Assembly: GCA_963790475.1 (NCBI GenBank)
Contig: CAWBOS010000006.1
Coordinates: 224,001-288,000, forward strand
Origin: an uncultured delta proteobacterium
Lineage (GTDB): Bacteria; Desulfobacterota; RBG-13-43-22
DNA length: 64,000 nt
Direction of reading: 5' to 3'
Below are positions 26,710 to 35,866 of this stretch, one piece after another. Every line of letters begins with the position of its first letter. The first letter of the stretch is position 1. The translations under genes were made by a program, and so were the position numbers. Below the pieces are notes generated by a model. The model was not told where the DNA came from. It saw nothing but the letters and a program-made list of their open reading frames with translations, and searched no databases.

Positions 26710-28479
26710 CTATTTTCCAAATAAGGACAGTTGTTTTTTCTTGGGTTTCAGCGGGTGTTTGGTCCCCCGGATTTCAATCTGTTTTTTTAAGAGGGGTTCA
26801 ATGTTTTCTAAAAACGGAGAAGGGGATTGAACCCAGTTCCGGCCGAACAGGGTCCGTTTTCTGGCCCAGGTTAAAATCACTTTTTCTTTAGCCCGGGTCA
26901 AGCCTACATAAAATAGACGCCGTTCTTCTTCCGGATCCGATTGCTTAAGTAAAGAAAGGGGGAGAAGATTTTCCTCACAGCCGGCAATGAATACTATGGG
27001 AAACTCAAGACCTTTAGCGGCATGAAGGGTCAGTAGTTTGACGGTTTCCTGATCCGGTTCATAAGTGTCCAAACCGGTTTGTATTGAAAGTTCCTCTATA
27101 AATTCTTTCAAGGACCCTCTAAAGGCTGCCGCCCAGAGGCGAAGTTTTTTGATTGCTTCTTCCCCTTCCGCCGAAGCCGGGTGTTTTTCAGAAGGGTTTG
27201 TAAAAATTACTTTTCCCAAAGCCGCCAGCGGTGAAATATCCCAGGAAGGAAGGGATTTGAGGAGGGTCAATAAGGCTCGAATTTCCGGTCGTTCCACCCA
27301 GTGCACTTCCTGAATTTTTTTAAAGGGGATTCCTTTTTTGGAAAAGATACCGGCCAAAACCTCTCCCTGGGCATGAAGCCGGTAAAGGACGGCAAAGTCG
27401 GCAAAGCTCCTGGGCTGGTTATGCCGGAAATCGGAAAATGAATCCATTCCTTTGGATGACAGGCTCAGGCCTCCCATTTCTTCTTCAATAATCCGGGATA
27501 TATATTCCCCTTCTTCTTCGGCAGAAGGCAGGGCAATGACATTCAAGGAGGGCTCCCCTTTAAGGCTGGAGATTAGCCTGACCGGGCTCTTGCAGATCGT
27601 TCCTTCAATAACCTGCGAGGAAGCAGCCAGAACAGTCTGATTCAACCGAAAGGTCTCTTCAAGGGTAACTTCCGTCAAAGAGGGGTTTTCCTGTTGGAGA
27701 CGGGGGAAAAACTCAGCGCTTGCCCCCCGGAAGCCATAAATGGCCTGGTTGGGGTCTCCAATAACCATCCATTCTCCATCCTTTCGGGTCAATAATTCGA
27801 AGAGACGGTATTGGGAAGGATTAATGTCCTGAAATTCATCAATGAATACATAGGGAAAATGGGCCTGAAGGTCTGCTCTGAGGTCAGGACTTCCTTCCAA
27901 AAGAGTGACGGCCTGAATGAGGAGTTCATCAAAATCCCAAAATAGGCCAGCGCCAAGTTTTTCCTGAAAGGCTTGATAACAAGAGGGCCAATTGGGATAG
28001 GTTTCCCAAGGGGGCGGTGTTTCTGGTGAATCCGGCAGGATGAGGGCATTTTTAGCCCAGGAGATGCGGCGGCCCAATTCTTTCAAAGAGGGGATTGGGA
28101 AGTCCGGGAAATATTGCCGGACCGTTTCTCGGAGTAACGCCAAGGCTTCATTTTCGGACAGTAATTGATAAGGAGTAGAAAGGTTCTCCCGCAGAAAGCG
28201 GAAACAAAACCCATGAAATGTGGAAATCCAAGGGGGGGAAAATTGGTCGATCTCTTGGCCAAGTTGATCTATCCGAGACCGCATCTCCTCAGCGGCTTTG
28301 TTGGTAAAGGTGACGGCCAGTATTTGATCAGAGCGGGCGATCCTGCTTGCAATCAGGTGGGCAACGCGATAGGTCAGGGTTCTGGTCTTCCCGGTCCCGG
28401 GTCCGGCCAAAACGATCAAGGGGCCTCCCTGATGTCTGACCACTTTCTCTTGTGAGGGTGTCAGGGACGAAAGATCCAT
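26710..28479 (-). CDS. UvrD/Rep/PcrA-family SF1 helicase (short)
   Basis: AGPGTGKT, DEFQD, GDPNQAIYGFRG, TLHAAKGLEF, EERRLFYVGLTRAK; ATG start assumed at MDLSS. Confidence 0.92.
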   Translation of the reverse strand: MDLSSLTPSQEKVVRHQGGPLIVLAGPGTGKTRTLTYRVAHLIASRIARSDQILAVTFTNKAAEEMRSRIDQLGQEIDQFSPPWISTFHGFCFRFLRENLSTPYQLLSENEALALLRETVRQYFPDFPIPSLKELGRRISWAKNALILPDSPETPPPWETYPNWPSCYQAFQEKLGAGLFWDFDELLIQAVTLLEGSPDLRADLQAHFPYVFIDEFQDINPSQYRLFELLTRKDGEWMVIGDPNQAIYGFRGASAEFFPRLQQENPSLTEVTLEETFRLNQTVLAASSQVIEGTICKSPVRLISSLKGEPSLNVIALPSAEEEGEYISRIIEEEMGGLSLSSKGMDSFSDFRHNQPRSFADFAVLYRLHAQGEVLAGIFSKKGIPFKKIQEVHWVERPEIRALLTLLKSLPSWDISPLAALGKVIFTNPSEKHPASAEGEEAIKKLRLWAAAFRGSLKEFIEELSIQTGLDTYEPDQETVKLLTLHAAKGLEFPIVFIAGCEENLLPLSLLKQSDPEEERRLFYVGLTRAKEKVILTWARKRTLFGRNWVQSPSPFLENIEPLLKKQIEIRGTKHPLKPKKKQLSLFGK

Positions 28480-28539
28480 AAAAAAAGAACAGGTCGGGGT
28501 TTTCCTGACCTGTCCCAAATAAAAAACTAACCGGAAAGG

Positions 28540-28725
28540 CTAAACTTCTTTTACGGTAATAGCCCCGGCTTCACAAACTTCAACACAGCTTTCGCAGCCC
28601 AGACATTCGTCCATATTAACGGGTACGGCTTTGTTGTCCTGAAGCTCAAAAACACTCACCGGGCAGGTATCCACGCAATTGGAATCTCCTGTGCATTTAT
28701 CGGCGTCAACCGTTACTTCAAACAT
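28540..28725 (-). CDS. Dicluster ferredoxin
   Basis: CTGDSNCVDTCP and CLGCESCVEVC. Confidence 0.93.
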   Translation of the reverse strand: MFEVTVDADKCTGDSNCVDTCPVSVFELQDNKAVPVNMDECLGCESCVEVCEAGAITVKEV

Positions 28726-29059
28726 TGATTCTTCCTCCTTGTATTAGAGATAATTTTTCACCAAAAACCAAGGGTTACAAGTCCTTGGGATTATCTTGGG
28801 GTGGATTTAAGGTAGTAAGCCTTCAAATAATCCGGCAGCTTAGAATATTTTTCTCCAAAGGTCAAACAATTTTTTCACCGGAGGAATACTCCGGGCAGAC
28901 AGGTAAAAAAACATGAAGAACCAATAAGAGTTAGAGCTTATCATAAGTCTATTTTGCCCAACTCACAGATATAACCATTAGCCCGGAGGAGTTAAAAAGA
29001 TTGACCGAATTTGCCCCTGTGGTAGATAATGGGACTAACGAAAACCCAAAGGAGGTGCC

Positions 29060-29839
29060 TTGATGCTGGATAAAATGGAAGCCCTTCGCTATGACCGGCA
29101 AATCATGATTAACCATTTTGGGGATGAAGGACAGGAAAAATTAAGAAAAAGCCGGGTCCTGATTGCCGGGGCGGGTGGTCTGGGATCGGCGGCCGCCTAT
29201 TATTTAACCGCTGCCGGAGTGGGCGCACTTAGGATCGTGGACAAGGATAGGGTGGATCTCAGCAACCTAAACCGACAGATCCTCCACTGGGAACCGGACG
29301 TTGACCGGCTCAAGGTGGAATCGGCCAAGGAAAAACTATCCAAACTTAACTCATGGATTGACCTGGATATGCGGAAAGACGATATTAACGAGGAGACGCT
29401 TCCTCAATTGATGGAGGGGTGCGACTTGGTCCTGGACGGCCTGGATAATTTTCCGACCCGTTATTTGATCAACCAACAAATATTACGCCAGGGGATCCCT
29501 TTTATCTATGGAGGTATCCTGGGCATGATGGGCATGGCTACAATGATCCGGCCCGGACAGACTCCTTGTTTGAAATGCCTTTTCCCGCAAGCCCCTCCGC
29601 CTCAGAAGTTCCCGGTCTTAGGGACCACACCGGGAATCATCGGACTGATTGAAGCCAATGAAGCCATTAAGTATCTGGTAGGTTTTGGAAAGCTTCTTGT
29701 CGGCCGGCTGCTCGTTTATAACGGGTTGGATATGCGTTTTTCAGAAGTCCGGATTGAATCCAATCCCGAATGTCCGGTCTGTGCAAAAGTAGATAAAAAT
29801 AAGGGAGAGACGATTCCAAATGTTGACCAAGGGAGATAA
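29060..29839 (+). CDS. ThiF/MoeB/HesA adenylyltransferase
   Basis: RYDRQ, GAGGLG, SNLNRQ, CLKC and CPVC. Confidence 0.93.
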   Translation: MMLDKMEALRYDRQIMINHFGDEGQEKLRKSRVLIAGAGGLGSAAAYYLTAAGVGALRIVDKDRVDLSNLNRQILHWEPDVDRLKVESAKEKLSKLNSWIDLDMRKDDINEETLPQLMEGCDLVLDGLDNFPTRYLINQQILRQGIPFIYGGILGMMGMATMIRPGQTPCLKCLFPQAPPPQKFPVLGTTPGIIGLIEANEAIKYLVGFGKLLVGRLLVYNGLDMRFSEVRIESNPECPVCAKVDKNKGETIPNVDQGR

Positions 29840-29917
29840 ATAGACTAAGGTGTATAAAAAATTAATAGGGTCTAAGAAATTCCTTTGTAACATTTTATCT
29901 ATTCTCAATACGTTTTG

Positions 29918-30219
29918 CCACCGACCCACAAAGACTGGACCAAAGGCCTATCTCTCACAGAGCGCACAGAGGCGCAGAGAATTGATATTTTCTCATTGCC
30001 GGTGAGGGGCCAGCAATGAAAAACCAGTCATGCGCTATCGCGCACCCTGGCCGAAGGCCTGAGGGGTTATGAATAATCGGCCTCTCGCCGATTTTTCATA
30101 AAATATGGTCGTTTTTCTCTGAGAACTCTGAGGGCTCAAGAGACCGTAAGGGAACGGGCGAGAGGAAAAATTAGTGCCCGGAGGGCCTGACGGTAGGAGA
30201 AGACAAGTCGTCTTTCTCC
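29918..30219 (+). repeat. Solo copy of the structured dispersed repeat with all modules
   Basis: Leader, L arm at 29950, cattgc...gcaatg hairpin, ttatgaa...ttcataa hairpin, R arm 30117-30165, gaagac module 30173-30219. Confidence 0.9.
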
Positions 30220-30315
30220 AGTCTTGCAGTTTTCTGTGGTAAAAAGGAAATTGCTGTGCTTTTTTCAAAAAACTAAATTGATAAATTCGTTTAAGTATTA
30301 AGCGAGGTAGTATTC

Positions 30316-31893
30316 ATGGAGGATTGGGCCTTCAACCAGGATGATCGGCGGCGCATGACCGCCCTGGGAATTTCCGAAAGCCGGGTGCGGGCACAGATGG
30401 CCTTGATTCAAAGATCGTCTGGGTATCTTCACCTTCAACGTCCGTGCACACTGGATGACGGGATTGAGCAGGTCCAGGCCCACGAAACCGAAGCCTTGAT
30501 TTTCGTGCAGGAACAGGCAGCCAGGGAAGGCCGGTTCATTAAATTCGTCCCTGCCTCAGGCGCGGCGACCCGGATGGTTCAGGGACTTTTATCTTTATAT
30601 CTCAGCCGATCTTCTTTTGATCTGGATAAAATTTATACTGATTCAAATGAAAACGATTCCGAGGCCGGGGATTTGGTTCGGTTCTTGTCCGGTATTCGTC
30701 GTTTCGCATTTTGGGAGGAGTTGAAAAAGTCCATGGCCCGGGATGGGCTGAACATCTCCAAGGTCATCCATCAAAAACGATGGCGGGAGATTCTGGATTA
30801 TCTCCTAACTGAGCGGGGCTTGAATTACCAGGGCAGGCCTAAAGGGTTGCACCAATTCCACGCCTATCCGGGACATAACCGGACAGCCTTTGAAGAACAC
30901 CTGGTTGAGGCTGTGAACACGATTTGCGATAGAACGGGCCAATGCCATCTTCATGTGACGATTTCTCCGGAACATGAAGACACCTTCAGGAATTTCTTTG
31001 AAACCTTGCGGCCAGCTTACCAAAGCCAATACCACTGCCGTCTTAAGCTTACCTTTTCCTTCCAAAATCATTCCACCGATACTTTGGCGGTTGATCTGGA
31101 AAACCGGCCTTTTCGGGATGCTTCCGGAAACCTTCTCTTTCGTCCCGGGGGTCACGGGGCCTTGCTTCAAAATTTGAGCGATCTTCAAGGTGATTTGATT
31201 TATATAAAAAATATTGATAATGTCCAGCCGGACCGATTGAAAAAACCAACCATTGACTGGAAAAAAATCTTGGGCGGCTATCTGGTTAAGATCCAGCAAA
31301 CCATCCACGCTTTTCTTCGGAAGCTGGCTGAAGAGACGGATAGCGCGTCCTTTTTTTCGGAAGTCAGGGCCTTTTGCCGGGACCGGCTTTTGATTTATCA
31401 ACCTCCAGGTTTAACTAATTGGTCCCTTAAAGAACAAAAAAACTGGCTGATATCTTCATTAAACCGGCCCATTCGGGTCTGCGGTATGGTCAAAAATGAA
31501 GGAGAACCCGGTGGGGGACCGTTTTGGGTAGAGGATAAGGATGGAGTTGTTTCAAGGCAAATTGTGGAAGGCGCCCAGGTCGATCCTGTCTCTGCGGAAC
31601 AAAAGGCTGTTTGGACCTCTTCTACCCATTTTAATCCTGTTGACCTGGTCTGTTCGGTCCGGGATTATAAGGGCCGACCTTTTGATCTGACCCGGTATGT
31701 GGATCCGGAAGCGATTTCCATTACCCGGAAGTCCCATAATGGACGGGACGTAAAGGCCCTGGAATTACCCGGCCTATGGAACAGTAGTATGGCTAAATGG
31801 ATTTCTCTCTTCGTAGAAGTGCCTGTTCAGACCTTCAGTCCGGTTAAAACCATCAATGATTTATTGAGACCGGAACATCAAAACGAGGCCTGA
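30316..31893 (+). CDS. DUF4301-family protein
   Basis: KFVPASGAATRM, FRPGGHGAL, GEPGGGPFW, THFNPVD, ELPGLWN. Confidence 0.9.
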   Translation: MEDWAFNQDDRRRMTALGISESRVRAQMALIQRSSGYLHLQRPCTLDDGIEQVQAHETEALIFVQEQAAREGRFIKFVPASGAATRMVQGLLSLYLSRSSFDLDKIYTDSNENDSEAGDLVRFLSGIRRFAFWEELKKSMARDGLNISKVIHQKRWREILDYLLTERGLNYQGRPKGLHQFHAYPGHNRTAFEEHLVEAVNTICDRTGQCHLHVTISPEHEDTFRNFFETLRPAYQSQYHCRLKLTFSFQNHSTDTLAVDLENRPFRDASGNLLFRPGGHGALLQNLSDLQGDLIYIKNIDNVQPDRLKKPTIDWKKILGGYLVKIQQTIHAFLRKLAEETDSASFFSEVRAFCRDRLLIYQPPGLTNWSLKEQKNWLISSLNRPIRVCGMVKNEGEPGGGPFWVEDKDGVVSRQIVEGAQVDPVSAEQKAVWTSSTHFNPVDLVCSVRDYKGRPFDLTRYVDPEAISITRKSHNGRDVKALELPGLWNSSMAKWISLFVEVPVQTFSPVKTINDLLRPEHQNEA

Positions 31894-32117
31894 AGTAAGG
31901 CGTGAGGCGTGAGGATATCCCTAACCTGAATATTGAAACATTAATCCCTTTCCAAGATTATCATTCTGGACTTATTCCGAAATCGAGTATTCTCAAGCCG
32001 GATTTCAAGTTTGAGGGGAAAGCGGGATCAGGTCTATTGTAAACTCGAGATTGATTCGCTAAGTTAGGTACTACTTATCCCTCAAGCCTCGTGCCTCAGG
32101 CCTCTCGCCTCCTGCCT
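31885..32117. repeat. Inverted pair of heptamer tracts between convergent genes
   Basis: taaggcg/tgaggcg/tgagg versus cctcaag/cctcgtg/cctcagg/cctctcg/cctcctg. Confidence 0.8.
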
Positions 32118-33289
32118 ATTTCCTCATCCGTTAAATAACAAGCCGGGTCCGGGGCCCAGAGATCTCCGACAGCGGCTTCGGCACGGACCCGGAAATTACC
32201 TCCGCAGATATCCAACCAGCGGCATTCGGAACATCGTCCGGTGACATATTTCTTTTTGTCTTTCAGTTGGGCCATCAGGGGATTGGTGGTATCCTGCCAG
32301 ATCTGGCTGAAAGGTTTCTGGCGCACATTGCCGAAGGAAAAGTGGCGCCAGAATTGATCGGCATGGACCTCTCCGTCCCAACTGACACACCCGATCCCCC
32401 GGCCCGAACTATTGCCTTCGTTCATCTTTAACAGTTCTAAGACTTGCGAAGAACGGGAAGAACCTTCTTTCAATAAACGCAAATACAGGTAGGGGCCGTC
32501 AGCATGGTTGTCCACGGTTAGCACTTCTTTTTCATAACCGGCCTCAAATAATTCCTTAGTGCGGTCGATGACTAAATCTACGATTTTCCGGGTTTGGGCA
32601 TGATCCAGATCTTCTTCGATCAACTGAGAACCACGGCCGGCATAAACCAGGTGATAAAAGCAGACCCTGGGGATATCTTCGGTTCGGAGGAGATCAAAGA
32701 TGGGAGCAACTTGATCCTCGTTCAAACGATTGATGGTAAAACGTAATCCCACCTTGATTCCGGCTTCCCGGCAGTTCCGGATGCCGGCCAGGGCCTGGGC
32801 AAAGGCCCCGGTAACTCCTCGAAATCGATCATTGACGGCTTCCATCCCGTCCAGGCTGATGCCTACATAAGACAGGCCTACGTTCTTCAATATTTTTGCC
32901 AGATCCCGGGTGATTAAAGTCCCATTGGTGGAGATGACTGCGCGCATCCCTTTGTCCACGGCATATTGGGCAAGTTCGGGAAGGTCTGGCCGCAAGACCG
33001 GCTCCCCGCCGGAGAAGAGAATCACTGGAGCTCCAAAGGCACTTAGGTCATCCAGTAATATTTTACCTTCTTGGGTGGTCAGTTCGCCACTTGGTTTTTT
33101 CCCCTGAGCCTGGGCGTAACAATGACGACACTTCAGGTTGCATTGCCGGGTGACGTTCCAGACCACTACAGGTTTTTTATCCTGAGAAAACTGAAGGAGA
33201 TGAGAAGGCAATTGATCCGAACGCCGGCCGTAACGCAGGGCATCGGACGGTTCAACGGTCCCCAGATAGAGTTTGGATATGCCAATCAT
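32096..33289 (-). CDS. ahbC: 12,18-didecarboxysiroheme deacetylase, radical SAM/SPASM
   Basis: MIGISKLY...DALRYGR N-terminus, CNLKCRHC, LTVDNHADG, DPACYL. Confidence 0.9.
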   Translation of the reverse strand: MIGISKLYLGTVEPSDALRYGRRSDQLPSHLLQFSQDKKPVVVWNVTRQCNLKCRHCYAQAQGKKPSGELTTQEGKILLDDLSAFGAPVILFSGGEPVLRPDLPELAQYAVDKGMRAVISTNGTLITRDLAKILKNVGLSYVGISLDGMEAVNDRFRGVTGAFAQALAGIRNCREAGIKVGLRFTINRLNEDQVAPIFDLLRTEDIPRVCFYHLVYAGRGSQLIEEDLDHAQTRKIVDLVIDRTKELFEAGYEKEVLTVDNHADGPYLYLRLLKEGSSRSSQVLELLKMNEGNSSGRGIGCVSWDGEVHADQFWRHFSFGNVRQKPFSQIWQDTTNPLMAQLKDKKKYVTGRCSECRWLDICGGNFRVRAEAAVGDLWAPDPACYLTDEEIGRRREA

Positions 33290-33309
33290 AGTGATTTAAT
33301 CTCGATGTT

Positions 33310-35118
33310 TCATGCATCATGCATCATAGGTGCCCCGGAGTCCTCGGTCCGGTAATAGGTTCGGATCAGTTTTTGAATATAACCTTCCGGGTTGGAAACG
33401 GCCTCCGAGGTGATGACAAACCGGCTCATCCCGGTTTTTTCTTGGACCAGTTTAAACCCATATTCGAAATCCTTAGAAAGATTTTCGCAGATCGACCAGA
33501 CGCTCACCTTTGAGTCCAGGGCTTTTTGAAGGACCGCATCAATTCCATCCTCAGAGAACTTGAGTCCGATGCCGAAACGCTCGAAAAAACGCAGTTCGTA
33601 TTCCCGAACCTGTCGGGTCATTTGCCCTACTTCTTCAAGGGATCTTGGAAAATCCTGAATCATTTCCAGGCATCGTCCGGCAACCAATTTCAGGCGGAAT
33701 TCCGTTAACCCGTTGTCAAACCGGCCGGCGAATTCAAAGGTTCTTTTTTTAAGTCTTTCGATCAGAACCTTTTGTTCCCTATCCCAGGCTTCAGAAAAAC
33801 GTGTTTTTTCCTGAGGGTTTTCCGGATCATTTAAAAGTCGTTCCAGTTCCGTTTCCGGAGCTAAGATCACCTCCCGGGAGATTAGTAATTGATTAATGGA
33901 AGTGGATGGTAAGGTCTTCTCAAATTTGATTAGCGCCTTTTCAACCACGCTGACCAGGCCTCGGGCTCCGGTCTTTTCTTTACAAGCCTTTTGGGCTAAT
34001 AAACGCAGGGCCTCATCTTCAAACAGGATATCGATGCCATAGGATTTAAAATCCCTTTTCTTGCTTCTGATAATCGGGTTATTGGGATTTTTGAGAATTT
34101 GATAAAGGTCCTCTTCGGATAGCTCTTCCAGTACGACGGCCACCGGCAGTCTTCCGACGAACTCTGATTCAAATCCATAAGCAATCAGGTCTTCGGCCTG
34201 AACCTGACTCAGTAATTTCGGGGTTTGCTTCTTTGATTTAAGGGTAGCCCCGAATCCCATCCCTTTTTCCTGAATCCTTTTTTGGATTAATTTTTCAAGG
34301 TGATTAAAAGCCCCGCTGACTATGAAAAGAATATTCCGGGTATTGACGGTTCTCTTTTCTTTCTTACCGGTTTTGCGATAATTCTCAATGGCCTGTATTT
34401 GGGAAATCGGGTCATGAGACACCTTCAGGTCCACTTCGGTTTCTTCCATGGGTTTCAGCAACGCCCTCTGGACACCGGTCCGAGAGACATCCGGACCGAT
34501 CGAATGATTGCTGGAGGCGATTTTATCGATTTCATCAATATAAATAATCCCGTATTGAGCCAGTTCGATATCGTCACCCGCTTCATACACCAAATCCCGG
34601 ATTAAGTCCTCGACATCGCCTCCCACGTAACCGGTTTCGCTGAATTTAGTGGCATCCCCTTTGACAAAAGGGACCCCGAGTTTCTTGGCAATCAACTTGA
34701 TCAAATAGGTCTTTCCAACGCCGGTCGGACCGATCATGATGATGTTGTTTTTAATCATCCCTACCGGGTCGGACCCATTTTGCTTGTCCTGCTGTTCCCA
34801 GAACTTGATGCGATTAAAATGGGTACATATTTTGGTGGCCAGCACGGCCTTGGCCTCATCCTGTCTGATAACGTATTCGTTTAGATAGGCTTCCAGTTCT
34901 TCCGGCTTAAGATTAAAATTGATCTTTGAGGCCACCCCTTTGTTTTCCTTAGGAGGGACCTGGGTTTCTGCGGTATCCCCCTCAGGGAAAATAAATGGAG
35001 TGACGATTTTCACCCGGTCCCCGTATTTCTTGGAAAGATAATCACTCAATTCCCTTTCCAATTCTTTCTGGGTGGGAAGTTTTTGGTTTGTTTCTTTTGT
35101 ATGCTCTGATTCATTCAT
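33310..35118 (-). CDS. ClpX-like AAA+ ATPase without N-terminal zinc finger
   Basis: GPTGVGKT, SETGYVGGDVE, IDEIDK, GVQRALLK, MGF loop, TGARGL. Confidence 0.85.
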   Translation of the reverse strand: MNESEHTKETNQKLPTQKELERELSDYLSKKYGDRVKIVTPFIFPEGDTAETQVPPKENKGVASKINFNLKPEELEAYLNEYVIRQDEAKAVLATKICTHFNRIKFWEQQDKQNGSDPVGMIKNNIIMIGPTGVGKTYLIKLIAKKLGVPFVKGDATKFSETGYVGGDVEDLIRDLVYEAGDDIELAQYGIIYIDEIDKIASSNHSIGPDVSRTGVQRALLKPMEETEVDLKVSHDPISQIQAIENYRKTGKKEKRTVNTRNILFIVSGAFNHLEKLIQKRIQEKGMGFGATLKSKKQTPKLLSQVQAEDLIAYGFESEFVGRLPVAVVLEELSEEDLYQILKNPNNPIIRSKKRDFKSYGIDILFEDEALRLLAQKACKEKTGARGLVSVVEKALIKFEKTLPSTSINQLLISREVILAPETELERLLNDPENPQEKTRFSEAWDREQKVLIERLKKRTFEFAGRFDNGLTEFRLKLVAGRCLEMIQDFPRSLEEVGQMTRQVREYELRFFERFGIGLKFSEDGIDAVLQKALDSKVSVWSICENLSKDFEYGFKLVQEKTGMSRFVITSEAVSNPEGYIQKLIRTYYRTEDSGAPMMHDA

Positions 35119-35329
35119 AGATCCTCACAAAAAAGCAATGTACTTTCAGCCATAAGGAGAAGGACATTCTTGCTTAATCTGTCCCTTTTCTGCTCCCAAT
35201 GGCCTCCTGCGCATAGCCTGATTTTTTTAATTAATATAATGCATCCCCAAAGCTATTTCAACCACCGATCCATTTTCTCAGGTAAAGGGGAAATTTAAAG
35301 AAATTCCAGGGTTAATCCAACTTTTTTCC

Positions 35330-35392
35330 TTGACAAAGGCAGTTTTTTTACTATAGTTACATGAAAGTGGAGAAATATGGGGATTTGTGGGG
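35330..35392 (+). promoter_or_regulatory. dcw promoter with MraZ-binding repeats
   Basis: TTGACA-N16-TATAGT then GTGGAG/ATGGGG/GTGGGG at 10-bp period (35367, 35377, 35387). Confidence 0.8.
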
Positions 35393-35420
35393 GAAAAAGC
35401 CAAAATAGGGGGGCAGGAAA

Positions 35421-35861
35421 GTGTTTCGGGGACGTTCAAACCATTTAATTGACTCCAAGGGGCGGATCAGTGTCCCGGCTCGTTTCCGGGACTTGATAAA
35501 AACCAACGGGGATTCTCGCCTGATTGTCACCAACTCCGACGAATGCCTGGCTGTTTATACTTATAAAGAATGGCAGGAGATTGAAGAGAAAGTGGGTCAG
35601 CTCTCCTTAGTGGATCGGGACATCCGGTCTTATAAACGATTTTTTATTTCCGGAGCCTGTGAATGCAGTCTGGATAGTCAAAGCCGAATCCTGATCCCGC
35701 CGACGCTCCGAGAACATGCCGGATTGGAGAAAGAAGTTATCCTGGCCGGTCAGTTAAAATATTTTGAGATATGGGATAAGGTCAAGTTCGAAGAAGAACT
35801 GACCAAAAGCAAAAACAACTTGCCCGTATTGGAAGATAAATTGGCCTCTCTGGGTCTATAG
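35421..35861 (+). CDS. mraZ: Transcriptional regulator MraZ
   Basis: DSKGRISVPARFR, DSQSRILIP, FEIWD. Confidence 0.96.
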   Translation: MFRGRSNHLIDSKGRISVPARFRDLIKTNGDSRLIVTNSDECLAVYTYKEWQEIEEKVGQLSLVDRDIRSYKRFFISGACECSLDSQSRILIPPTLREHAGLEKEVILAGQLKYFEIWDKVKFEEELTKSKNNLPVLEDKLASLGL

Positions 35862-35866
35862 AAGGA

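Noticed and set aside
1570-30268. Short ORFs 1570..1785, 2765..2986, 2947..3204, 4485..4688, 7185..7436, 10316..10507, 30035..30268
   Set aside because: They are translations of repeat DNA with no recognisable domains.
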